A stretch of DNA of 64,000 bases from Antedon mediterranea. Taxonomy: Eukaryota; Animalia; Echinodermata. The position numbers were made by a program, and so were the translations under genes. The stretch is taken from the NCBI RefSeq assembly GCF_964355755.1, contig NC_092674.1, forward strand, positions 3,906,001 to 3,970,000, written 5' to 3'. Shown piece by piece: positions 12,628 to 25,661 of the stretch (the first letter of the stretch is position 1; each line of letters opens with the position of its first letter). A model generated the notes under the pieces. The model was not told where the DNA came from. It was given only the letters and a program-made list of their open reading frames with translations, and searched no databases.

Positions 12628-14600
12628 TAATAATAATAATAATAATAATAATAAGCTTTATTTAATCACGGATACTTAACTCAACTAAAAGTTGTTTTTC
12701 AGTAAGACCGTGCTCAATGGAAAACACCAACAATAATAAATGTAAAAAGCAGATATCAAATCAAATAATAAAACAATTACAGAAGCAAAAAACAAATGCA
12801 GATAATAAAACAATTACAATGAAATAAAATGAAACAAGGATACACTTACTAACTAAAAAATTAAATAATACACTACATTTAAATAAAGCTACATGAAATT
12901 AGCAGTTAACAGTTTCTTAAAAAGAGAGACAGAGTTCACATTTTTAATATCTTCATGTAGTTCATTCCAAACCTTGGCACCTCTATATGATAAGCTACGT
13001 TTTTTGTTGTTTGTTTTTGGTTTTGGTACTATTAAATTTGGCTTAGTTCTAATATTATAGTAATTGTTTTTGATATTGAACTTATTTAATAAATATGGAG
13101 GTGCAAGGTTGTTCATAATCTTAAACATATCAATAGCTTCATTTATATATAATCTTTCATCTAAGTTCATTCAATTTAGACTTTGTAGAGCTTGAGTACT
13201 AGAGTCGGTTTGAGATTTGTTTGTAATAACTTTTGCTGCGCGATTTTGAAGAACTTGTAGTGTTTTACTTTGAGTTATATTTGAACGTCCACAAACAACA
13301 TGGCAATACTCAAGATGAGGAGCCATAAGTGATTTGTATAGTTTGCATTGAATTTCTTTTGGAAATATATTATTAGTCTTTTTTAAGTAGTACAAGCTCT
13401 GAAAAGCCTTAGATTTTACATTATCGATTTGTGAGCACCAAGAAAGATTATTATCTAATATCACACCAAGATGTTTACATTTATTTACACGAGAGATTGG
13501 TTCTCCATCTATGTTAATGTTGACTTGTAAGTCAAGTAAGTAAGATAGTTTACTTAACCTGTCTCGTTCCAATTAACATAAATTCAGTTTTTTTAATATT
13601 TAGGCTAAGTTTGTTGCATATGAGCCATCTTTTAAGACACAATAAGTCAGAATTTATTGTTTCAGTAAGGTTATTAATATTATTGGAAGTGTAGTATATG
13701 GCAGTGTCATCAGCATACATAGAAACAGAGCATTTATTTACAGCATTAGGCAAGTCATTAACATAAAGGAGAAACATTAATGGTCCTAGGATGGACCCCT
13801 AAGGAATTCCACATATACTGTGACTTTCATCAGAAAAATCACCATTTACATTGGTTATATGTACACGATTATGCAGGTAGTTTTCAAACCACTGAATAAC
13901 ATTTGAATGAAAATTGAAAGATCTTAGTTTATTGATAAGAATACTGTGATTTACTGTATCAAAAGCCTTTTTCAAGTCTATCATTACTAACCCAATATAA
14001 TTTCCAGTGTCAATTGCTTCTAGCCAGGTCTCTGTGATATTAAGCAATGCAGTCGTAGTTGAGTAGCCTGGTCTAAACCCAGACTGATTTTCATATAGCA
14101 TTTTGTTTAGATTTAGGAAATCATAAACTTGTTTATGTACGTCTTGTTTATTAACATATTTAAAAGTTAATTTGTCGTTAGTATTATTTACATCATTAGT
14201 AAAGTTAGAGAGTTGATTAGTAGATTGAATACTTTGAGCTAATGTTGGACCCACATTGGCAAAATATTTATTTAATACATTTGCAATATCTTTAGAATTA
14301 GTTACTTCATCATTTTCTTCATCATTTGTGGTTTTAATACTTGTTATATTCATGCTTTTAGTTTTGCCAGGAATAATTAATTTAATATTTTCCCATATCT
14401 TTTTCTGATCTTTAGTATTGAGTTGTTCAGAAAAATAGTTCTTCTTACTTTTTCGAAGTTCATAATTTACTTGATTTCTTAATTTTCTATATTCGGGCCA
14501 AAGCTGAGACCTATTTTTCTTATTTATTCGTCTTTTTAATGCATCTCTTTTTCTGATGAGAAGTATTACATTTTTAGTTAGCCACGGACTGTTTTTTTGT
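12628..14600 (-). mobile_element. 5'-truncated, degraded LINE (CR1/L2 group) RT region with (TTA)n tail
   Basis: ORF pieces 14353-13799, 13777-13550, 13572-13171 and 13170-12889 carry QSGFRPGYST, IDLKKAFDTV, MYADDT and KHLGV; AATAAA then a (TTA)n tail at ~12628-12662. Confidence 0.93.
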
Positions 14601-14859
14601 ATTAAGTAAGTCAGTTTTAAATTTAAAAATGTTTATAGTTCCTATTTATTAATTAATTTAATTCAGTTAACTTTAAATGATACTTTTTATTTATTTATGT
14701 TCTAGTTAATTGACTACGGACTTGTGCCGTCAACTGATTGTTAAATTGTTTTTTTGTTGGTTTTTTTTTAGAGGATTGATTGTAAAATTATTTATGTTTA
14801 CATACGTTAGGTAATTATTATTTTAGTTCGTGCTTGAATAAAATTTTTCGTAAACTATT

Positions 14860-15575
14860 AAGCACTGCTTTATTACAATGTACATTTGACTATTCTGCCT
14901 CGGCATGGTAGAATCTTAAACATAAATTACAAACTGTCCAAAACAAGATGGCACGTATTATTTTAAATGTTGGTCCGAGGTCTCACATAGGTACCAAAGA
15001 GCTTTCCGATTTGGGGGTTCTTAATGTCAGCCTCAGAAATAAGTTTTTAAGATTAAATTATGTTCACAAAAGTCGCTATAATTTTAATACGCCTTCTTTC
15101 CTTAAGGATAACTTTTGGTTAATTTCTGATCTTCATAACCATTTCACCAGGGGTACAACATTTAATTTTGTCACTCCTAAGGCTACTGGCGTTAACGATT
15201 CGACTTTTTATTTTTTAGGTATCCGTGACTGGAACAGGCTCCCCAATTCACTTAAATCAATACAAAATAATGCAACCTTCAAAATAAAACTTAAAGAATA
15301 TTTTAATAATGAACAGCTTGGAATATCAGTTTGATTAAGTTATTTTATAATATTGTTTTTTGATGCTATCTTGTTTTATATGTATTTTCTTGTTTTTCCA
15401 TTTTTACTGCGTCCAACTTAATCATATATTGTACTAGGCCCAACCACTCACTTTTTCAGCGACGGACTCGTTTGAGCCTCTATGTCATTAATCGATCAAT
15501 CAAATAGTACCTTTTTTCCTTTATATTTGTTTTGTTAATGAACATATCATGTTGATGTTTTGGTCGAAATAAATG
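14860..15575 (+). mobile_element. LINE 3' fragment (ORF2 C-terminus and 3' UTR)
   Basis: FDYSASAW...KLQTVQNKMARIIL...WNRLPNSLKSI...FKIKLK, typical of L2/CR1-type ORF2 ends; AATAAA near 15568. Confidence 0.85.
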
Positions 15576-15616
15576 TTAAATTTAATTGATATATTATTAA
15601 CAAACATTGATATTTT

Positions 15617-15907
15617 TTACGATAGCTTTACGATAACTTGAAAGTGTTCATCCCGTTCAGCCAGTACGTTTGTCACTTCGGTAATTTCTGATAGAAGGTT
15701 CACTTCAGGGTGTTTTATAATGTTCTTCGCTTGAATTTTATTGAATAAATCAAATGCAAAAACATCTTTACTGGTTAACAGTGATTCGTGTAGATAGTCA
15801 CAAAGAAGAAATCTTAACCACCGAAACTTTTCACCTTTATATTCGTCACTAAGATTCCTAAGGAATTCTGTATATTGGTCTTCGTTTTCGTACGGTTCAT
15901 TTGCCAT
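15617..15907 (-). pseudogene. Truncated paralogous exon retaining only the first DED
   Basis: MANEPYENEDQYTEFLRNLSDEYKGEKFRWLRFLLCD...FDLFNKIQ...NLLSEITEVTN aligns to DED1 of A/B/C; homology stops after VTN; no AG acceptor directly before the ATG. Confidence 0.75.
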
Positions 15908-17419
15908 GTCAGTTAGATAGTGTATAGTTATAAAGTGTATATTGCCTCAAAGTTTTACCGAGGCAAGCATGAATTGCTGAAAAGACGATCTATGCAAGGC
16001 TAATTTTCTAAAAAAAGGATGGGATAACCAATCGAAAAGTGAGGGAAAGGCCTACTTTCCGTAATGTGAAGCTTTATATCGATGGTTGTTTGAATATGTA
16101 ATACACATACTTCGGAGAAAGTCATGGATAATGCTTTTACCAATATATTTGATCATCATCACAGTAAATCAGGTGTTATATTGCCGATGTCCCTGAACAC
16201 TATTCTATCCCAAAATTACAAAATCTAAATCCTGTTCTCTTAAATCTTAAAAACGCATCATTCATACAATACTATTATGATTATCTTTCTCAATGTATCT
16301 ATTTTATAAAACCCACGAAAATGGAGCCGTAAGATAAAAAGAAGAATAACTTGGTATTAAAGGACACCCGTAAAACTAGCTCTAAAAAAGAAAGACCCGT
16401 TGTAAGACCAGGGAAAATATGGATTAAAATAATACAAAATGATTTGAAAAATGTACTAAACTACACAACATACTTCAGACACACCTGGCCCCAACAGAAA
16501 TAATGGCATGAAATAATAATAATGATTTGAACTCGACACTTTGACGAGTTCGGGTTATCCGCGGAAAGGCAACATACACATACGTTAAACTATATGAACG
16601 TCGACAATTATTATGCCATCCTATGACATGAATTAAATAAAGTGCTGAATATTTTGTGTCATAAAGCATAACAGTATTTACGGAATACACTGTATATGTT
16701 ATATACAGTGTTATAGATTAAATTACGAGACCCGTCTTTTAATTCAATTTTAAAGATGATTGTTCATCATCATGTAACATAAAGATAGCAATTTCAGAAA
16801 AAAAGCGCATACTTACGCTACGCGAACATATTTTTATTAAACCAAAGTCAGGTGGCCGAGTTACAGCTGAACTGCTTTCGCAGTTTTATAGATCTGCCAG
16901 ACACAAAAAATGAGCAGAGGCATTTTTTGACAATAACAATCGCTCTCTGTGGGGGAGAGAGCGATAGCCTTAAATCGCTCTACAGAGAGCGATAACCAAA
17001 AAAAAAAGGAGTTTGGTTTTCGTCCTATATATTAATAGGGACTAGGGAAAAACTAGGGAAAACACGACTAGGCTATGGGCGTGCCATGGATACGCTCGTT
17101 TGGTTTCAGTTTTTGTTGCTAAATTCATAGTTTTTAACAGAAATTCGGACGATTTTCGCTATAAAATTTGGGTTTTCATAATTATTTAACAATTGTACTC
17201 TCGTTTGGTAGGTATTTGCAACATTCTGAGTCTCGTTTGTTTCCGTTTGGTGTTTAGTAGAGGGAGGGGTTGTTATAAAACAAAATATAATTAATAGTCG
17301 AAAATAAGTGCTCTCTTAATATAGCCTATAATATTTATTTTCTTCCGGTTCTGGTTAGGTATAGGTTATATTAAATGGTAAATCTTATAAGACTATATCA
17401 AGATTTTTTCCGATCTTAC

Positions 17420-17630
17420 CTTTTTTCCTCCCGAAACGAACCAAACAAAATGGCGGCGTCCGATAGGTTTAAATTATATGCTTTAGGCCTATACCTTACA
17501 ATAAAGGTACGACGCCAATTGATTTTCTGGGGAAACCACAATATAACCGAACGGTTTATGTATAGATATGGAACTCGAAACAAACAATGGCAATAGAACG
17601 AGCGTGCCGAATAATCGATTTTGCATAACA
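17420..17630 (-). promoter_or_regulatory. Putative first exon / promoter paralogue (YY1 motif, donor, conserved upstream block)
   Basis: GCCGCCATTTT (17457-17447) and AAG|GTAAG donor at 17419; ~200 bp alignable with 53105-53310. Confidence 0.55.
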
Positions 17631-18411
17631 ATAGGCCTACATCATAACCCTAAATTAATGTGAGGTCTCTGATATAGGCTAAGATGTTATACCATGGATC
17701 TATAAATGAATTATTAATAATAATTAATACTATTATAGGTCCATGGTTATACTGGGTCGGCTATTCAGTAAATATCCGAGTTCTTTTTTAGTGTAGTTCA
17801 ACCATGGACCTAGGTACGAGGTTGAACTGTATCAAAATGTGAACCATCATCGAGCTATAATATCTATATAGAATAATTAATAGAGCGTTAAATTACAGCG
17901 GGATATTTTAGTCCAGGTTTTGTTAATTGGCATTGAGTTCTGCTACCACCAAGGAAAAGTGAATTGTAAATCCACCCTTCCCCTGCCCCGAATGTAGTAG
18001 TAGGCCTACAAAACGAATAGAATAGGTCATTTGCAGTTTTAATAAAGTTATTCACTTTGGTAGAAATATAATGATTTCACTTATAAAAAGACAAAATAAG
18101 CGATTAAATTTAACCAAAACCCCATTGGCAGCTGCAGCTTGACTATTTTCTGTATACAGCATACATAATATATGTCTACTGTAGGTTTGGTTACGTTAGC
18201 CTCTAGACTTGCCCCAAGTCTGTAGTTATTTCGAGGCTTTTTCCGATGTTTACAAGCTCAAGTAGTAAACGTATGAAACGCCATATGTGCCAACATATTT
18301 ATCTTTTAACTAATGATTTGTTCCGCCTCTAGGACGTAGCGACCACGATTCTGTTTTATTAGAACCTCGGATTTGTTTGCCACAAAAAACGCATTACAAA
18401 ATTACCACGAG

Positions 18412-19130
18412 ACCGCCCGGTGATATACTGAAATTTAATTAATTAATTTGAAACGATAAAGATGAGGAAATCTGTGAGAATGAGAAAAAGTCGCCTCAAC
18501 CGAGACTCGAACTCGGACCGCCTGCTTGATATGCAGATGTCCTAACCATTAGACCACTGGGGCTTTCATGGTATTGTTCGAACTCGATTGGATAACGACT
18601 CTTTAACATTCTCGGCGTGGTACGGCGGAACAGCACTAGTCCTCAGTTGTACGCACGCGCAACAGAGATCAAATTGATACGCCCTCATCTTTCAGTATTT
18701 TTATTCACGAGGCGGGATCTCCGAAGAGATACTTTTATATATATAAACACAAGAGGCAAAGAACATTAATTCTAAACCGCCCGGTGATATACTGAAATTT
18801 AATTAATTAATTTGAAACGATAAAGATGAGGAAATCTGTGAGAATGAGAAAAAGTCTCCCCAACCGAGACTCGAACTCGGACCGCCTGCTTGATATGCAG
18901 ATGTCCTAACCATTAGACCACTGGGGCTTTCATGGTATTGTTCGAACTCGATTGGATAACGACTCTTTAACATTCTCGGCGTCGTACGGTGGAACAGCAC
19001 TAGTCCTCAGTTGTACGCACGCGCAACAGAGATCAAATTGATACGCCCTCATCTTTCAGTATTTTTATTCACGAGGCGGGATCTCCGAAGAGATACTTAT
19101 ATATATATAAACACAATAGGCAAAGAACAC
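18412..19130 (-). repeat. Two tandem 364-bp units each containing a tRNA-like sequence; inverted junction copy at ~19370-19437 and a third diverged unit at ~19615-19820
   Basis: ACCGCCCGGTGATATACTGAAA at 18412 and 18776; the units are near-identical. Confidence 0.93.
18492..18563 (-). pseudogene. tRNA-like sequence (Asp-like, ATC at the anticodon position) inside the repeat unit; second copy at 18856-18927
   Basis: GCCCCAG TGGTCTAATGG (A box) ... TCTGC-ATATCAA-GCAGG ... GAGTTCGAGTC (B box) ... TTGAGGC, followed by TTTTT. The anticodon loop is non-canonical. Confidence 0.7.
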
Positions 19131-19143
19131 ATATACTGAATTT

Positions 19144-19368
<225 letters not shown>

Positions 19369-19438
19369 AAAAAATTCAGTATATCACCGGGCGGTTTAGA
19401 ATTAATGTTCTTTGCCTCTTGTGTTTATATATATATAT

Positions 19439-19596
19439 GAAGATGAAGGGCTAGTGTTGCCCGAAAGCTCTGCTAACTTTTCTGGCTGTTTTACTTTATC
19501 GTTTTGATTTAGTTTTCCGTTTTTTTTTTGTATCTCCATTGAGATCTAGCTACATGATACCCACAGCATTGTCATTTCTTCAGTAATTTGCCTTTG
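19439..19596 (+). mobile_element. Penelope-like pseudo-LTR fragment with a 5'-damaged hammerhead motif; further copies at ~23626-23700 (+), ~24236-24357 (+) and ~57499-57670 (-)
   Basis: GATGAAGGGCTAGTGTTGCCCGAAAGCTC followed by a ~125-bp block shared by all copies; abuts (TA)n at 19437 and 24358. Confidence 0.65.
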
Positions 19597-20438
19597 GCAC
19601 AGCACAGGCACAGAATAAATTCTAATCCGCCCGGTGATATAATGAAATTTAATTAATTAGAAACAATAAAAATGACGAAACCTGTGAGAATGAGAGAAAG
19701 TCCTAACTGAGATTCGAACCCGGAACCTTCTGCTTGATATGCAGATGTTCTAACCATTAGACCACTGGGGCTTTCATTATATTGTTCCAATTCGATTGGA
19801 CAGACTCTCGGTGGGGTATGGCTGAATGTATCTGTACATAGCTGTGCCTACTGTATACTGGTGGATATATATATATTGCTGCTACTAAATTTGTCGATTA
19901 ATTTTACGTTTCTCCTCCGAAACCGCTGAATGGTACGTGCTCACATTTGGCACACTTATGTTTCCTTTTATCATTGTTGAATGTTTTGATATTAGCCTAA
20001 TTGTTAAAACAACCTTCACAACCAAAATATTTCTTTGTAATAAAATTTATTTTAAATGGAACGCTACAAAAATAATCCTCTGCTTCATCAGAGCATGAAT
20101 GCCTAATAACCAGACAAGAACGTATCTTTATTACGTTTTACTATCAATCCATTTTCATATCACGCAATCCATTTTTCAACAATATAGTATACAGTATAGT
20201 ATAATAACATTTTGATTGAATAGTGAGGGATTAGTTACAGTTTGACTTTGAATAAACCATTGGTAATTTACTGAAAATCCAAAATGAACTTGTGTTATAA
20301 TACAAACAACAGTATTCAATCAAAGAAACGCTCTACTACACATGAGAAATAGATGTCGGTCGATAAACTTCTGACGACGACTAAAACAACGACAATCAGC
20401 TAAATGTTAGTGATTTTATTTCATCTCTGGCTTGTTAA

Positions 20439-23284
20439 AGTTGTATTGTCCCCCAAAACATGAAAAATAAAGATGAAAAAAATCAAATTTTGAATAGACC
20501 ATTTTGTAGTTATAATAAAGTTATTCACTTTCGCCGAAAAAAAATCCGAAAAAAATATTGATTTCGCTTATAAAAAATCAAAATAAGTTTACCATTTTTT
20601 CGAACTCATAAGTTCAGAAATTCCAAAATAACGATGGTTAGCTAACAGCTCATAAATATGCATGATATGTTAATGAGTATCCAAACAGGGGAGATCCGAT
20701 CTGTTCACCACGTAAACAAACATGTGCGAAGAACAGAAGAAAGTGCTGGGGTTTCCCTGATCGTATGATGTAAAAAGCTCTGCCGTTAATTTGCTGGTAA
20801 GTAGAATTCTATTTTAGATGAATGACACATCCTCCTATAATAGTTTTTGGCGTATAGCTATAGGCTTAGCTATCTAGGCTAGGGCTATAATATAAGCCTA
20901 CTTCTACTATCTAGTAGGGCCTAGGCCTAGTACTGTAGTTTACTACTGTGTAGTGTAGTGTAGCAGCAGCTGTAGGCAGGCAGATAATCGGGTCAGAAAA
21001 GTAGACGGGAACCCACTTTGAGGCCTAGCTAGGTCCTATATATCGTACTCACCTAGCTAAGCCATCACTCCACAACTAGCTACAGGAAATAGGCCTACTA
21101 TGTTGATGTACCACTGATATACATTTGGAGCTCGAATTAATTTTAAAGTCTAAAAAAAGACTAACTGATGACAAAAAACGAACATTTGGAAAATGATCAG
21201 CATACAGTACCAAAGAAGTTGACGGTAGAATAGATTGTTGTTGATAGCAACCAAAACGAAAACACTAGTAATTAGACTAGGCCTTTTTTAGGGAGGAGAT
21301 GCACTTTTCAGGGATTCCTTACTGTACATTAGTATCCCAAATTGAAAACTTCAGATTCATGTACAGAAATAATAATTATATGTATGCAATACATTGTGAA
21401 ATATTTAACTTTTCTATTTGACTTTTGTATTTATACATCATTGTTTTTCAATTTATAGACTTAAGCTAATGAAGACTGGAACAGAAGTTACACCCATACA
21501 GCATTTTAAGGGCAACTGGCAGTAGACTCGGTAGTGGAACACAAGATAAATATTGGATGACTATCATAAAGCATTAGGCAAATGTGTTGGTTGTTTTCCA
21601 GCTTTTAAAATGTTGTATAGTTTTCATAATTCGAGCAATAACATTTGTATACAGCATTAAATAAATAAAAAATACTACTACTACTACAGTACATGAGATA
21701 AAATCACCATAATTTTAATGTGTGAAGATTTACAGTACAGTACAGTAAAAAATGAGTTAATTACTAGTATATTTCATTGAATTTCTGCATTATTGTTGAC
21801 AATTTATTTTCAACTATTAATTGATGTGTTGATTGTGGCATTACAGCAATAGCTTGTCTTCTTTGATTGTTCATCCATTTTAAAGTGTCATAGTAAGAAA
21901 CGTTCAAATAAATATTGTGAATGTTGCTACCACATTTTGTGTTGATTTCTTCACCATTTTCCACTACTTGCTCATATTGTTCATTCAAGTGTGTTAATAC
22001 CTATTAAAAGAAAGACATTATTTATTAAAATATGTACATAAAAAGTTTAATTGTGTGAATGTTGGTTTGAACGTTATTGCTTTGGAAGAATTTTCAACAT
22101 AACGGTACTAAGTACTGTAAAGTACACATTCCAAAAAATATTTAACTTAGATTATTTGGTCATTTTCTCTAAAATAATAACATTATTGGATGTACAGTAT
22201 AGGCCTAGTTACAATTTTCACAAATTTATATTAGCATTAAAATCTAATTAATCATGAAGGAAAAACCAAGCACCATAATCTCTCCTGGCCCTGGTGGTGA
22301 CCTTATTTTCTATTTTTGGCAGCCATTCACAAGTTTTCGCTTTTTGAGTTTCGCTGCTCTTATGTATAATTTTTTTTAATCACAAACTCTACATAGAAAA
22401 GAAAATTAAATGTTTTAAAATGAATGAAAAGTGATATGAATAATGATAAATTAAAGACTATTATTAATATTATAGTATTATACTAAAAATAAGACGAGTT
22501 GGTGGTGTCGAAATTCACACAAGTCACAATAAAACCATGGAGGTATAAAATATTTTATTTTTATACCTCCATGCTAAAACCTTATTCCTTACTCCATGCT
22601 CACAGATGAATGTTATAGGCCTAATCCTATTTAAAGCTAGGTTGGCAATAACTATTAATAAGGCTTACAAGTTGTATCTATTAGTATTAGCTAGGCCTGC
22701 TACTCACTCAGGGTGAACCCTCACTCAGGCCTACAACTAGGCCTAGTACTACTACTACTACTACTAGACTAGCTACTACTCTAGGCCTAGCCAATAGATA
22801 GGGGATAGTACACTAGATAGCCAGTACAGCTGTAATGGGCTAGCTAGGCTTCCTATACTAACTAACAAAGCTGCACCATAGAAACTACAGTTCTTACTTA
22901 CCAATCTGCTAGGGCCTAGTCATAGTCTCTTCTTCAAGTAGGAGTTGTTTTTGTTGTTGTTAAACTACAGAACTTTCCCACATCGTCGTCTCGCCATATC
23001 ACGTCGTATTTTTTTCTGATGACCTAGAGGTCACATACACGCGCAAGAATCATACAATATGCATAATTCATAAGCTAATTCAGGTCAAGGGTTAAATTAA
23101 ACCGGAAGCCAGCTGGCTGCCAGCCAACCGACTTCCGGTTGACTATTTTTTACTTTAAATTACGATTTTCTAAGGTAAATAATTTTTTTTTTGATCCAAT
23201 TTTTGTTCAAAGTGAATAACTTTTATGTATCATTAAAATGGCCTTTAAAAAAAAAAAAGTTTTGTTCAGGGGGACAATACATCT
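20439..23284. mobile_element. Non-autonomous Kolobok-type DNA transposon
   Basis: TTAA|AGTTGTATTGTCCCCC ... GGGGGACAATACATCT|TTAA. The empty site is visible in the paralogous block at ~60091-60135 (CATCTCTGGCTTGTTA..TTTTCATGACACATTACCGG). Confidence 0.9.
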
Positions 23285-24356
23285 TTAAAGTTTTCATGAC
23301 ACATTACCGGACTTCCCCCTCCTCTCGCAATGAACGACAGTACAGATCTTCCCTATCTAGGCTCGTGTATGTAGCATACTAAGTTAGTCACAAAGTACCC
23401 ACGCATAGCAGTGTTACTAGAGCCATCACAGATTACCTTCAAAAATTCATCGACAAACGAAATATAGCTTATATTCATTCCTTTTAAATATTAGGCATAT
23501 TGCCAAGGCTAATAATCGATTTGTCCATAATTATTGCGTTTTGCCGGGGGTTTTCCATAATCTAAGGCCAATTTTTAGGCCAAATCATAATTGTGCGTAT
23601 AGTTTTGTATTTCCGATGCGTGTATGCGTTTTGATTTAGTTTTTCGTTTTTTTTTTTATCTCCATTGAGATGCAGCTACATGATACCCACAGCATTGTCT
23701 GTTTTGATATTAGCATAATTGTTAAAACGACCTTCACAACCAAAATATTTCTTTGTAATAAAATTTATTTTAAATGGAACGCTACAAAAATAATCCTCTG
23801 CTTCATCACAGCATAAATACCTAATAACCAGACAAGAACGTATCTTTATTACTTTTTACTATCAATCCATTTTCATATCACGCAATCCATTTTTCAACAA
23901 TACAGTAGTATAATAACATTTTGATTGAATAGTGAGGGATTAGTTACAGTTTGACTTTGAATAAACCATATTAGGAATATTGCCAAGGCTAATAATCGAT
24001 TTGTCCATAATTATTGCGTTTTGCCGGGTTTTTTTCATAATCTAAGGCCAATTTTTAGGCCAAATCATAATTGTGCGTATAGTTTTGTATTTCCGATGCG
24101 TGTAGTACCCTATTTATCTTAATTTCCGTACGTTCGTAAATATTAGGCCGAATTTCCGTAGTAATTTATAGACGTTCCGAAATTTGAACCGTGTTATACC
24201 GGTAGCAGAGCAAAGGTTGCTTCTTTCTGCAAATGTTTTCTGGCTGTTTACTTTATCGTTTTGATTTAGCTTTTCGCTTTTTATTTTTGTATCTCCATTG
24301 AGATCCAGCCACTGATACCCACAGCATTGTCATTTTTTTCAGTAATTTGCCTTTGG

Positions 24357-24358
<2 letters not shown>

Positions 24359-24424
<66 letters not shown>
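24359..24424. repeat. (TA)n microsatellite
   Basis: Perfect TA run. Confidence 0.99.
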
Positions 24425-24428
<4 letters not shown>

Positions 24429-25661
24429 AAACAGAATATAAATAAAATGATAATAAAGGACAGTCATAGGTCATCTATCATAAAATAATATTTATTTCTA
24501 CAACATGAATATGTCAGTTAATGTAATCTTTACATTGTATAATCATGAATACATTTTTTCGTAATCCCAAAAGAACTATCTGACAGGGTAAAATGTAGGC
24601 CTACTAAAACACATGTTTCACTGATATAACAAAACAACCACAAACTATTACTGATCTGGTGTAAACTAGGCTAAGAAGGAGTCTTATCCTAGTCTACATC
24701 AGATCAAAGTTACAAAGTCACTTGTAGAGTAAACAACAATTACTGATCTAGGATACGGTCCAATAAATAGATTACAAATAATTTGTTTTAGAGAAAAAAT
24801 ATAAAACTGAATGATACTAAGATCAAGACTGAAACAGATTGTACATTCATTATTATTCAAGACTTACTATTTTTTTTTTCAATTATCTATATTCATTATT
24901 ATTATTACACTCCAAAATATTATTAATATATTCAATCTGAGAATCCAACAAGATGGCGCTGTACGACAGTACAATTACGCGTTGCATTACATAAACTATT
25001 TTTATTTAAATTCCTCCAACAGACACAGGATAAGTTGAGGTTATGTATTCTTGATAGTAACTTGATATCCTATTTTGCGTTTAAATCTATAGAATGTTAG
25101 TCCCACTATAAAAACGAAACAAATAACAGATATTGGATCCGAGAAGTTCAATTCAAAATTTAATTCAAATATATATTCACATTGTTTTGTCGTAGGTCCC
25201 TATAACAGCGATTACTATATTTTTGTCTGCCCTTCGTGATAATAATAATGTGATTTTTTTCAGTTTTTTTTTGTTCAGTAGGCCTACTTTCCTTAAATGA
25301 TTAGGCCTAACGTAGGAAAGGAATTAATGAGTAACTACTAATTTATTGATTTGATGATACATATATAGATTGACAGATAAATTGATTTATGTAAAGATTG
25401 CCAAGCCCACTTACCCATCCTAAACAAATACTTTAAAAATAACTACCTAAAAACACCAAAGCAATGTACAAGGACTTTTTACGTTACAATTAATTCCTAA
25501 AGGATGCACTACTTTTATTATGTCAAAAACAATTGATGGAAGATTGTGGGAGAGAAACCCGGACACCACCCTTTGTCTGGCTTCATACTTGTTTATTCCA
25601 ACCCCAATGCTCAAACATCGATATAGTTCCTCCCACGTTTTTAGGCCTACCTAATCAGTTC

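Noticed and set aside
20860-22920. Dense TAGGCCTA/CTAG palindromes
   Set aside because: Frequent throughout the window as low-complexity background; no discrete structure could be assigned.
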